Source: a virus
Direction: 5' to 3' (one strand)
DNA: 64,000 nt
IMG/VR virus record: IMGVR_UViG_3300044695_006284
Span: 34,134-98,133 of that record
Below, one piece after another: positions 1-9,013 of this stretch; the first letter of the stretch is position 1, and every line of letters begins with the position of its first letter. The notes beneath the pieces are model-generated. The model saw only the letters and a program-made list of their open reading frames with translations. It was not told the DNA's origin and ran no database searches. Made by a program: the position numbers and the translations under genes.

Positions 1-253
1 GTATGATTTCCCAGGAATAGATAAGCCACAAATGCATGGATTTTTTCTATTTAATAATAAATATAACGTTTCTTTTAAAAATAAAGATATTATACAATCT
101 ATAGAGGTGGATAAAAATACAATAATTTTAAATAAACCTACAGATCTAATAAATATAAAGACAGATAAAGAGTGCGCTGCAATAGAGTTTTACATTTTTC
201 CCAATAAAATGCTAAAGCATAATGAGCCAGGCGTATGGATTCCAATTTTGTAA
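1..253 (+). CDS. Hypothetical protein, 5'-truncated by the window edge (possible cupin/DSBH-fold member of the oxygenase array)
   Basis: Frame is open from position 2 (YDFPGIDKPQMHGFF...) to TAA 253; directly precedes the 2OG array. Confidence 0.6.
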   Translation, partial: YDFPGIDKPQMHGFFLFNNKYNVSFKNKDIIQSIEVDKNTIILNKPTDLINIKTDKECAAIEFYIFPNKMLKHNEPGVWIPIL

Positions 254-286
254 CAAAAATGATACAATATATAAAAAGGAGATAAA

Positions 287-985
287 ATGTTACTACAGCC
301 AGAATACTTAGCAACAGGGATAGTTGTGTATAGAAATGCATTTAGCCCTGAAAAAAAATATATAGAAAGACTTGAAAATGCATTAGGGTCAGAAAGCAAT
401 ACAACGCATAGTTGGAATGAAGCCTACACTGGATATGGTTCTAAAAACTTAAAGTATAGAGATTGTGTAGATTATAAGATAAAGTATAATAGCGATAATT
501 CCATAACAACACATTCAAGAAATATAAAAGAGTCGGAGCAAAACGAGTTAGATAAAGACTTGATTAGTATTTGGCAAGATGCATATGATGAACAACTTCC
601 TTGTGTAGATCAATATAGACAAATGTTTAATCTTGCACCACTAAAATACTGGGAAGCAATGAATTTTATTAGATATAATGAAGGCCAACATTTCCAAGTT
701 CACTCTGATCATGGATACTCTTACACATGTGTTCTATCCTTAGTTGGTTACTTAAATGATGACTACGAAGGTGGAGAGCTTCATTTTGATAAACTAAATC
801 TAACAATAAAGCCCAAAGCTGGAGACCTATATCTATTCCCGTCTTCATATGTTTATTCTCATGCTGCTATGCCAGTAACAAAGGGCACTAAGTACTCTGT
901 GGTTACAATGCTTGACTATCTTGAAACAGCGCATACCCCAGAATATCGTGCAATAGAAAAACAATATTCTACAAACTTGTTATAA
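287..985 (+). CDS. 2OG-Fe(II) oxygenase (prolyl-4-hydroxylase-like)
   Basis: HSD motif, YLNDDYEGGEL, KPKAGDL, distal H (YSHAA) and K (GTKY); AAGGAG RBS. Confidence 0.92.
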   Translation: MLLQPEYLATGIVVYRNAFSPEKKYIERLENALGSESNTTHSWNEAYTGYGSKNLKYRDCVDYKIKYNSDNSITTHSRNIKESEQNELDKDLISIWQDAYDEQLPCVDQYRQMFNLAPLKYWEAMNFIRYNEGQHFQVHSDHGYSYTCVLSLVGYLNDDYEGGELHFDKLNLTIKPKAGDLYLFPSSYVYSHAAMPVTKGTKYSVVTMLDYLETAHTPEYRAIEKQYSTNLL

Positions 986-998
986 TAGTAATTAGTAA

Positions 999-1691
999 AT
1001 GCCTAAGATAACATTTCATTCCAATAGAGTATATAACAAAAGCAAAGATGTGCTTGGTCCTAGTCCTGCTAAAAAAGAAGTTCCAGAATGGTTTTCTGAA
1101 TCAAGCAGATACTGGTTTCCAGAGTCAAAAGATTCTCTTTCCTTTAAGGCATGCCCAGCACTTGTAGATGTTTTTGTATCTGGGTATATGCTCAAAACAC
1201 CATGCGACATATACTTTGCCAAAGATTCTTCAGGTACAACTGTTCAGGTTACAGAACCAGGTTATGAAGATTTTTGTGGAGCTCGTCCAGACATGGTTGG
1301 GTTTCCAAAACCACATGGATTTGATAAACATTTTCACTGGTACCCAAATTGGATGCCAGGATTAGATCCAGGATATAGCGCTCTTTATGTTAGCCCAATG
1401 AATCGATTTGATCTTCCATTCATTACTATTTCTGGTATAATTGATAACGACAGGATGAATACCCCTGGGCTTATGCCATTTTTTCTTAAAGATGGGTTTG
1501 AAGGTTTAGTTCCGAAAGGCACACCGTTTGTTCAAATTTTTCCTTTTAAGAGAGAAGAGTGGGACTCAGAAGAAAAAATGTATACTATTGAAGAGATTTA
1601 TGATAGGCATAACTATCAGGCAAATATGTTTAGGGTGCCAGAAGGCGGAGCATATAAGAAAAAAATTTGGTCCAGGAAGAGGTATGACTAA
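999..1691 (+). CDS. Conserved hypothetical protein (DUF6065-like, possible dUTPase-like fold)
   Basis: KACPALVD..SGY N-terminal motif and GTPFVQIFPFKRE C-terminal motif, recalled from proteins found beside phage 2OG arrays. Confidence 0.55.
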   Translation: MPKITFHSNRVYNKSKDVLGPSPAKKEVPEWFSESSRYWFPESKDSLSFKACPALVDVFVSGYMLKTPCDIYFAKDSSGTTVQVTEPGYEDFCGARPDMVGFPKPHGFDKHFHWYPNWMPGLDPGYSALYVSPMNRFDLPFITISGIIDNDRMNTPGLMPFFLKDGFEGLVPKGTPFVQIFPFKREEWDSEEKMYTIEEIYDRHNYQANMFRVPEGGAYKKKIWSRKRYD

Positions 1692-1693
1692 AA

Positions 1694-2404
1694 ATGAAAC
1701 ATGACACAAGTAATAACATAGCAAACTTTAATGCTAAATCGATAACCCCATCTGGATTTTTTGGTAAATCTGAAAAAAATATTGTAGAAGTAGAAAATTT
1801 TTTAAACGAAGAAGAAATAAAAATAATGATGGAGTTTTCAGAAAACAATTCATCATTTGATAAAACAGAAACAGAATACAATGAAAATGGAACACTTATA
1901 TACCAGTCAGATGTTTGGGTAAATAGAGTTGTAACTGGAGACTCATTTGGAGATAGCAATCAGCATGTTCTGGATTTGCTTTTAGATCTAAGGTCTAGAT
2001 TTCAAAAAATAATTGAGTCTTTTTTTAATGTAGAGGTTATTCCTACTGGTCCAGCATGTGTCAGGTGGCCAGTTGGAGCCAGACAGGAACCTCATGCAGA
2101 CAAAGAACTTCATGAGGGCCCAGACAAAGGCACACCCAACGCATTCCCTTGGTATGACCTAGGAACTGTATTTTATTATAACGATAACTATGTTGGTGGA
2201 GAACTTTATTTTCCACTTCAAGGAATAGAGTTTAAGCCTAAAGCTGGGGCAGCTTATTTTTTCCCAGGTGACATGAATTATATACATGGGGTAAGGCCAA
2301 TTGTTTCTGGTTGCAGATACACATCTCCATTTTTCTGGACAATAAAAACATTGCCAGAAAAGTATGACGGACCGAAGGATTTTGTGAGAAATGATTATAT
2401 CTAA
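1694..2404 (+). CDS. 2OG-Fe(II) oxygenase
   Basis: HAD, YYNDNYVGGEL, KPKAG, YIHGV, GCRY. Confidence 0.92.
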   Translation: MKHDTSNNIANFNAKSITPSGFFGKSEKNIVEVENFLNEEEIKIMMEFSENNSSFDKTETEYNENGTLIYQSDVWVNRVVTGDSFGDSNQHVLDLLLDLRSRFQKIIESFFNVEVIPTGPACVRWPVGARQEPHADKELHEGPDKGTPNAFPWYDLGTVFYYNDNYVGGELYFPLQGIEFKPKAGAAYFFPGDMNYIHGVRPIVSGCRYTSPFFWTIKTLPEKYDGPKDFVRNDYI

Positions 2405-3107
2405 ATATAAAGACGATTGTTTTACAATAGACGAGTTTTTAACAAAAAATGAATGTGATTCAATAATTGCGTATCTGGAGTACCTTGTTGATAATAATAT
2501 ATTAGAGTGGAATCAGATATCATTTTATGACTCTTTCGCTATGGGCTTTTGGCCATATGATCCAACACTTGAACACTTTGGGTTACCTCAAAATTATTTC
2601 CATGACATTCTAAAAGAAAAAATTAAAAAAGCTTGCGAGTATGTTCTAGAAAAAGAAGTTTCTGAGGTTAGCTATCATGCACAAAAATGGACAGATGGAG
2701 CGTTTGCAACATTTCATTCTGACAATTCAGACGAACACGGAAATCCGTCAGAGTTTGAAAGAAGTAAATATGCTGCTTTTATATATTTAAATGAAAACTT
2801 TGAAGGTGGATTTTTAAACTTTAGAGATCATGATATAACTGTAGTTCCAAAAATTGGAAGAATTGCAATATTTGCTGGGGGGTACAAGAATGAGCATGAG
2901 GTTACAAAGGTGCACGGCGGAACAAGATACACTATTGGATCTTTCTGGGATAATGCAGATGCAGTTTATACAGAAGAGCAAGTTTTAGAAAGAGAAGAAC
3001 GGTTAAAAAAGACTAGAGCTGAGCAAGATATAACTTATGCTACATGGCAAAAAGAAAAAGAAATGGGTATTGTGCCTGACTATATTGGAAAGAATGGTGA
3101 GAAGTGA
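2391..3107 (+). CDS. 2OG-Fe(II) oxygenase
   Basis: HSD, YLNENFEGG, NEHEV, GTRY. Confidence 0.92.
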   Translation: MIISKYKDDCFTIDEFLTKNECDSIIAYLEYLVDNNILEWNQISFYDSFAMGFWPYDPTLEHFGLPQNYFHDILKEKIKKACEYVLEKEVSEVSYHAQKWTDGAFATFHSDNSDEHGNPSEFERSKYAAFIYLNENFEGGFLNFRDHDITVVPKIGRIAIFAGGYKNEHEVTKVHGGTRYTIGSFWDNADAVYTEEQVLEREERLKKTRAEQDITYATWQKEKEMGIVPDYIGKNGEK

Positions 3108-3952
3108 ACAAGATTGAGATATATCCTAGAGTAATCGTTTATAAAAATGTTTTACCAGATTGGGAAAAGTATTTAAATCTTCTTAAGCGCTCTGAAACAG
3201 AAAACGCTAAGTATTTTTTTGAAGAGTGGTCAGATTGGTACGGTCTTGGAACAATGATGAATCTACCAATGAAAAATAGATATATGGCTTATGAGCTAAC
3301 ATCTGAAGATGAATATGAGTTACTGCAAAAACAGTTTCTAGAAGATCTTACAGAAGCATACTACAAGTGTACGGAAGATTATGTAATATCTAACCAAATA
3401 TCTTTACCAAATTGGGCAAACAACGGAATTTCAATATGTAAGTATTTTGTCTCAGAAGACTATAAAGATATGGCTATGTCTTATCACACGGACTACAGAG
3501 GATTTGATTCAGAGTCTCCAGGTAAAAAATATGCTATAACTTGTACAATTTATTTAAACGATGATTATGAAGGCGGAGGTCTATCGTTTCTGCAGGAAGA
3601 AACTGGAGATGTTATTGACTACAAGCCCGAGGCTGGAGATATTGTTGTTTTCCCATCTGGAAATCCAATAACTGGAACATCTAATTATTTTCATGGTGTC
3701 GACAAAGTAGGCGGCAAGGAAAAATACTTTATAAGATGTTTTTGGTCTTATGATTTTCCTGGAACAGCAGAGTGGCATAGTAATTCAGAAAAGTACGGTA
3801 AAGAAGAATGGGAAGCAATGGAAACAGAAAGAATGAAAAAAGAAATAAAATCTGGAATGTGGCATAAGTATATAGTCAACCCAGGTGAAAAAGATCCAGA
3901 GCATACCCAGCAAACTCCATTTTTTAGAAAAAACAGATGGAGAGTTCGATGA
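3104..3952 (+). CDS. 2OG-Fe(II) oxygenase
   Basis: YHTD, YLNDDYEGGGL, KPEAGD, YFHGV, KYFIR; GTG start overlapping upstream stop. Confidence 0.92.
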   Translation: MNKIEIYPRVIVYKNVLPDWEKYLNLLKRSETENAKYFFEEWSDWYGLGTMMNLPMKNRYMAYELTSEDEYELLQKQFLEDLTEAYYKCTEDYVISNQISLPNWANNGISICKYFVSEDYKDMAMSYHTDYRGFDSESPGKKYAITCTIYLNDDYEGGGLSFLQEETGDVIDYKPEAGDIVVFPSGNPITGTSNYFHGVDKVGGKEKYFIRCFWSYDFPGTAEWHSNSEKYGKEEWEAMETERMKKEIKSGMWHKYIVNPGEKDPEHTQQTPFFRKNRWRVR

Positions 3953-4569
3953 AGATAACAAAACTAGAAGATAAAATATTTTATTATGAAAATTTAATAG
4001 ACGATCCAGAAAAATTTATAGATGATATTTCTATTCCAGATAGAGTGGATAGAAATTTTCAAATTTCAAAGTGGGATGAATGGAAGTCAAGCGATAGCGA
4101 TTTAGTTTATGGAAATAGCAAATCTGGATCATTTTCTAACATTAACTTTTCAACTCAAGAAGATATATCTATATCCTTAAGAGCAATGCAAACAAAGTTT
4201 ATATCAGACATAGTTTTTGCAAACTATATAATGGAAACTAAACATCCTCATTTAAAGCTACCCGATTATTTTAATATCAGAAAGTATAACGTAGGGGCAG
4301 ACATGGGAGAGCATGCAGATTCTAGCGATACAACTGATATGTATCATCCTTTAGTTTCTGGAGTTTTATACATAAACGATGATTATGAAGGCGGCGAGTT
4401 GTCTTTTTCACAGCAAGGAATAACAATAAAGCCTTCTGCTGGAAGCCTGATTGTCTTCCCATCATATGAACCCTACTACCACAGGCCTTTGCCAGTAAAA
4501 AGCGGAGTAAAATATATGATTCCATTTTTTTGGTATCCTGTAGAAACAGAATGGGTAAATAAAAAATGA
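3949..4569 (+). CDS. 2OG-Fe(II) oxygenase
   Basis: HAD, YINDDYEGGEL, KPSAGS, YYHRP, GVKY; start set to ATG 3949 (ATGA overlap) rather than 3937. Confidence 0.9.
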   Translation: MKITKLEDKIFYYENLIDDPEKFIDDISIPDRVDRNFQISKWDEWKSSDSDLVYGNSKSGSFSNINFSTQEDISISLRAMQTKFISDIVFANYIMETKHPHLKLPDYFNIRKYNVGADMGEHADSSDTTDMYHPLVSGVLYINDDYEGGELSFSQQGITIKPSAGSLIVFPSYEPYYHRPLPVKSGVKYMIPFFWYPVETEWVNKK

Positions 4570-5198
4570 TGTACCCTTATGTTGTTGTTGGGACAAATTC
4601 TCTTTATTTTATAAAATCGATTAATGAACCAATATACTTAATAGATTTTATAGAAAAAATAAATTCGCTAGATGAATCTTTCCCTGTTATATCTAAATGG
4701 GAAAACGAGGAAGACAAGCTTTTTAAAAAGACCGTTCATCTAGACGCACAAGATATATCAAATCAAAAAGTTTTGCAAAAAACTTTATACATAAAGAATA
4801 GTTTTTTGTCTAATATAAACTTTTGTAAAAATCTTTATGCAGAGGCAATGGGATTAGATTGTGGCCCAGTAAGTGATTTATCAATATATAAAAAAATGCC
4901 TGGGTATATTGAAAATAATTTAAAAAAAGAAAAAACGGAAAATCTTATAAATGTTTATGTTATTTTAAATTCAGATCCAGATTCCAGACCCTTTTGCCTA
5001 GATAAAGAAAAGGAGCTATACATAAGACCAGAGCCTGCTAGCATATTCATGATACCAGACAGCCTGGACCAGATTGTTGGACAAAATATAACTAGTATTA
5101 CTTACTATGCAAAAGCTTCCTTTTTGATTAATCCTAGAGAGTTCTATAATTCCGAATCTGCTTTAAATCTAGATACTTCCGAATATAAAATCAATTAG
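4566..5198 (+). CDS. Degenerate 2OG-Fe(II) oxygenase-like protein lacking iron ligands
   Basis: Keeps the VYVILNSD...IRPEPASIFMIP pattern and an N-terminus like its neighbours, but has no HxD or distal His. Confidence 0.5.
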   Translation: MMYPYVVVGTNSLYFIKSINEPIYLIDFIEKINSLDESFPVISKWENEEDKLFKKTVHLDAQDISNQKVLQKTLYIKNSFLSNINFCKNLYAEAMGLDCGPVSDLSIYKKMPGYIENNLKKEKTENLINVYVILNSDPDSRPFCLDKEKELYIRPEPASIFMIPDSLDQIVGQNITSITYYAKASFLINPREFYNSESALNLDTSEYKIN

Positions 5199-5200
5199 GA

Positions 5201-5206
5201 TATAAT
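5201..5206 (+). promoter_or_regulatory. -10 box (TATAAT), probable leaderless transcript
   Basis: TATAAT ends 6 nt before ATG 5213; no SD. Confidence 0.6.
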
Positions 5207-5212
5207 GTAAAT

Positions 5213-6973
5213 ATGTCCTACTACCTAGATATAATCAAAGATTCACCAATTGGCTTTTGGAAGCTAGACGAGCTATCTGGTAATATTGCCTATGATTTTT
5301 CTGGTTGTGGAAATAATGGATCTTATGTCGGACAAATATCTAAACTTGGAATGCCAATTGTTTTGGGAGGAGATCATTCAAATAAAATTGATAGCTCAAA
5401 TTATATACAATTTACAATATCAAAAGATTTTTCTGGAACAAATGGAACTGGTGGCTTTGCAACTTTAGATACTTACGACAACGATTTTTCCCTTGAGGCA
5501 TGGATACATCCAAAAACACTTACAGGGCTAACTCCAATTTTAGCAGACTCGGCTGGTATTGGATTATACTGGGACAACGGAAATGTTGTTTTTAAATTAG
5601 AATCTGAAAGAATTGACTATTCGGTTCCAAATCCAAATAGAGTTATTCATATTGTCGGAGTTTATTCTACAAGATTAATGAGCCTTTATGTAGACGGAAA
5701 AGTTGTTCAAACCAAACCACTATCTAGCAAGTTTACAAATACAAGCGTAACTCTTATGTCTGGCCCAGCAAGCTCAGGAGAATATTTTTTAATTGATAGC
5801 CCAGCTATTTATAGATATGCTTTATCTAGCTCTTCCATACTATCACATTACAATCAATTGTTTTCAAATAATGAGGAGCAGATTTCTGTGCCAGATTTTG
5901 GACAGTTATTTTTAGTTTCAGAAAAATACTATAATGCAGAAGGAAGGTATTACTATCCAGAAACGGAAAGCTGGAGATCTTTAACATACAATAATAGTAA
6001 TTTATCTTATGATGAAAGAAATAATAGTGTTTATTTAAGTTCTGGCACTCAAGGAGAAATTTTAGAAGAAATAGTATTGAATACTACAAAGCCCTATGTG
6101 TCTTCTAAAATAAACTGGGTTGCATCAACTGGAGTTTCTATTTATGTTTCAGAAATATCTGATGCTGGTCCGTGGACTATTTGTACAAATGGATCTTCTA
6201 TACCAGGGTTTACAGAAGGATCTAGCTTTTCTTCAAGAAAAGTTTTATATTTTAAAATTCAGTTTAATTCTTCAGACCTAGACAAATATAAGCCAGAGTT
6301 GTATTCGTTACGAATTTATTTTTATACTGAGAAAAAAATGTCTGCCCATAATGGTGGAAACACTATTTCTACATCACAACCATTGTCTGGCTCATCCTGG
6401 GATATTGATTTTTCAACCAACAGCTACCCAGTAAGATCTAGAAATTATCATAATGGTGCTAGGGCAAAATCTTCAGCAATACTTGTTAGCCTAGCAGAAG
6501 AAGTAAAAAGCATAGAGATGATATTTACTCCAAAATCATTATCCAGCGGACATATTCTTTTTAATAAAACTGGCCTTGTAGAAACACAACTTGCTTGGGC
6601 ATCTAACGGATCAATTTCTAAATCAAATATTTCTAGCATATATATAAATGGACAGGATGCAACATCTGCAACAAATATATCTTCTTATCTTTATATAGAT
6701 GAGCCAAACTATATATTTATAACGGCATCATCTTTAATTTCTGGAGACCTGTGGCTTAATGGTAAAGAGATTTTAGGGGTTAGGTCTGGGGTACTAGATG
6801 ATAATTTGTATCAAAATATTGCCACGTATTTAAGCTCTACTATAAGCCCAGAAGAACACTATAATCTTTATATCGGTAAGCCTTCAGCGATAGGCCAAGG
6901 TTCGTCTATAAGCATGACAGAAGAGCCAGTATCAACATACTCTAGAGACAGAGTTGTGTTCCAAATAATATAA
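5213..6973 (+). CDS. LamG/concanavalin-A-like domain virion protein
   Basis: PIGFWKLDELSGNIAYDFSG, FSLEAWIHP, HIVGVY..LYVDG, IDSPAIYRYALS. Confidence 0.8.
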   Translation: MSYYLDIIKDSPIGFWKLDELSGNIAYDFSGCGNNGSYVGQISKLGMPIVLGGDHSNKIDSSNYIQFTISKDFSGTNGTGGFATLDTYDNDFSLEAWIHPKTLTGLTPILADSAGIGLYWDNGNVVFKLESERIDYSVPNPNRVIHIVGVYSTRLMSLYVDGKVVQTKPLSSKFTNTSVTLMSGPASSGEYFLIDSPAIYRYALSSSSILSHYNQLFSNNEEQISVPDFGQLFLVSEKYYNAEGRYYYPETESWRSLTYNNSNLSYDERNNSVYLSSGTQGEILEEIVLNTTKPYVSSKINWVASTGVSIYVSEISDAGPWTICTNGSSIPGFTEGSSFSSRKVLYFKIQFNSSDLDKYKPELYSLRIYFYTEKKMSAHNGGNTISTSQPLSGSSWDIDFSTNSYPVRSRNYHNGARAKSSAILVSLAEEVKSIEMIFTPKSLSSGHILFNKTGLVETQLAWASNGSISKSNISSIYINGQDATSATNISSYLYIDEPNYIFITASSLISGDLWLNGKEILGVRSGVLDDNLYQNIATYLSSTISPEEHYNLYIGKPSAIGQGSSISMTEEPVSTYSRDRVVFQII

Positions 6974-6996
6974 TTTTGTCAGGCTGAGTGACAAAA
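6974..6996. repeat. Inverted repeat TTTTGTCA-N7-TGACAAAA (operator or weak terminator)
   Basis: Perfect 8-bp arms between the LamG stop and the next -35 box. Confidence 0.55.
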
Positions 6997-6998
6997 GC

Positions 6999-7027
6999 TG
7001 GACTTATGTATACAAGAATGGTAAAAT
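6999..7027 (+). promoter_or_regulatory. Sigma70/SigA-type promoter of the portal operon
   Basis: TGGACT-N17-TAAAAT with extended TG; ATG 8 nt downstream. Confidence 0.65.
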
Positions 7028-7035
7028 AATTAACT

Positions 7036-7380
7036 ATGGACATTAAAAGAATTAACGCTCAAATGAAGTCTGGAGAAACCAGGCTTGGAGTGTATGTCTG
7101 GGAAATGCCTGATGGAAGATGGGTCGGAGACGAAGACAATAACTTTTTGTCTATATCGTCCATGATTGGAAACAAAGAAAGAATTGCTTTGCTTGCAACA
7201 GCCGTGGCACACTATGGGATCGATGTTGGCCAACCTAAGTTTATTGAGGGAAGCCGACAAATTGATGATGAAGAGTTTGAGTATCAAAAGCAAAGATTAA
7301 GATGGGGCCTAACTCCAGATCCACTGGACATCGGTGTTCACAAGGAAGAAATGGCTAGACTAAATGGTGGTAAAAAATGA
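7036..7380 (+). CDS. Conserved hypothetical protein upstream of portal
   Basis: 114-aa ORF, ATGA overlap with portal. Confidence 0.75.
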   Translation: MDIKRINAQMKSGETRLGVYVWEMPDGRWVGDEDNNFLSISSMIGNKERIALLATAVAHYGIDVGQPKFIEGSRQIDDEEFEYQKQRLRWGLTPDPLDIGVHKEEMARLNGGKK

Positions 7381-8957
7381 TTGAATACGATGAAGATACA
7401 GTTCAAGATAATGTAGAAATATCTAATGTTGCAGATTGGATGAGATTTAATAATCCCACAACACAAAAATCTGACGATCTGTTTGATATAGATGCCGAAG
7501 AGATATTAAAGCTTTCAGGACTTGGAGCTTCATTTAGAAGAAAAGTGTCTAGAGACCTACAAAAAGCTTTTACTGGTAAAGATGGTGCCGTAACCCAGCA
7601 GCTTCAACACCAACAGGCAGTTAGCGGATACGCCACGTTTGATCTAATTCAGCCAGAGTATAACTTAGATTATCTTTCAACAATTTATGAAATTTCACCT
7701 TACAACTATGCAGCAATAAATGCAAAAGTTGCTAACATTGTAGGACTAGGGTTTGACTTTATTGAATCAAAAAAAACCACAGATACCCTAGAAGATATAG
7801 AAGACGATAAGCAGCTAGAAAGAGCACGTAAAAAGTTAAATAGGATTAAGCAAGACCTACACCGTTGGCTAGAGGATTGCAACGAAGATGAAACATTTAA
7901 AGAAACTCTTGTAAAGTTCTACACTGACATAGAGGCTACTGGTAATGGCTATCTGGAGGTCGGTAGAACAACGACTGGTAAGATAGGGTACATCGGTCAT
8001 ATACCTTCAAAGACAATGCGTGTAAGACGCCTTAGAGACGGTTTTATACAGCTTCTTTATGGCAAAGCTGTTTTCTTTAGAAATTTTGGAGACACAGAAA
8101 CCGTAAACCCAATTGCTGGTCAAGAAGACAGACCTAACGAGATTATTCATTTAAAGAAGTACACTCCAAAGAATAATTACTATGGAATCCCAGACATTAT
8201 TGCTGCACAAAACGCTATGGCTGGAAATGAATTTGCTGGTAAATACAACCTTGACTATTTTGAAAATAAGGCGGTTCCAAGATATATTATTACAGTAAAG
8301 GGAGCAAAGCTTTCTACAGAATCAGAAAGAAAATTGCTTGAGTTTTTTCAGGTAGGATTAAGAGGAAAGAACCACAGATCACTATATATTCCGCTTCCTC
8401 CAGATTCTCCAGATTCAAAAACTGAATTTAAGATGGAGCCAATTGAGGCGGGCTCGCAAGAGTCTTCATTTAATATATATCGCCAATCCAATAGAGATGA
8501 AATATTAATGGCTCACAGAGTCCCAATTAATAAAATTGGCACACCAGCAGGAATCAACCTTGCCGCAGCCAGAGATGCAGATAAGACATTTAAAGAGCAG
8601 GTTTGCAGACCAGCCCAAGAAAATCTAGAAAAGAAATTAAATAAAATTATTCAAGAAATGACCGATGCTCTAGAACTTAGATTTAATGAATTGAGTCTTA
8701 CAGATGCAGATACCCAGTCAAAGATTGATGAAAGATATCTTAGATTCCAAGTAATAACTCCAAATGAAATTAGAGTTAGAATGGGAATGGTTCCAAGAGA
8801 TGGTGGGGATGTCCCAGTAGATCTTGCAGCCCAAGCCGCCGAAATTAAGGCTCAGGCCAACCAAAGCAGAGCACGTGACCAAGAAAGATCTGCAAATTCT
8901 CCAGATAAATCTGGGGAGGGTAGAAATGCAAAAGGAGATGGAAGACAAGTCAACTAG
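7377..8957 (+). CDS. Portal protein
   Basis: DIEATGNGYLEV, EIIHLKKYTP...YYGIP, YFENKAVP, AHRVP, ITPNEIRVRMGM; lies before protease and capsid. Confidence 0.93.
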   Translation: MIEYDEDTVQDNVEISNVADWMRFNNPTTQKSDDLFDIDAEEILKLSGLGASFRRKVSRDLQKAFTGKDGAVTQQLQHQQAVSGYATFDLIQPEYNLDYLSTIYEISPYNYAAINAKVANIVGLGFDFIESKKTTDTLEDIEDDKQLERARKKLNRIKQDLHRWLEDCNEDETFKETLVKFYTDIEATGNGYLEVGRTTTGKIGYIGHIPSKTMRVRRLRDGFIQLLYGKAVFFRNFGDTETVNPIAGQEDRPNEIIHLKKYTPKNNYYGIPDIIAAQNAMAGNEFAGKYNLDYFENKAVPRYIITVKGAKLSTESERKLLEFFQVGLRGKNHRSLYIPLPPDSPDSKTEFKMEPIEAGSQESSFNIYRQSNRDEILMAHRVPINKIGTPAGINLAAARDADKTFKEQVCRPAQENLEKKLNKIIQEMTDALELRFNELSLTDADTQSKIDERYLRFQVITPNEIRVRMGMVPRDGGDVPVDLAAQAAEIKAQANQSRARDQERSANSPDKSGEGRNAKGDGRQVN

Positions 8958-8974
8958 TCCTACTCAACTAGTTA

Positions 8975-9004
8975 TTTGCCTTTTGATACAACAATCTCTA
9001 TAAT
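8975..9004 (+). promoter_or_regulatory. Promoter of the protease/scaffold/capsid operon
   Basis: TTGCCT-N17-TATAAT; the TTTGCCTTTT element is shared with the major-tail promoter. Confidence 0.7.
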
Positions 9005-9013
9005 ATATAACAT

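Noticed and set aside
8951-8972. CAACTAGT direct repeat after the portal stop
   Set aside because: Only two 8-nt copies in AT-rich DNA; compatible with chance.
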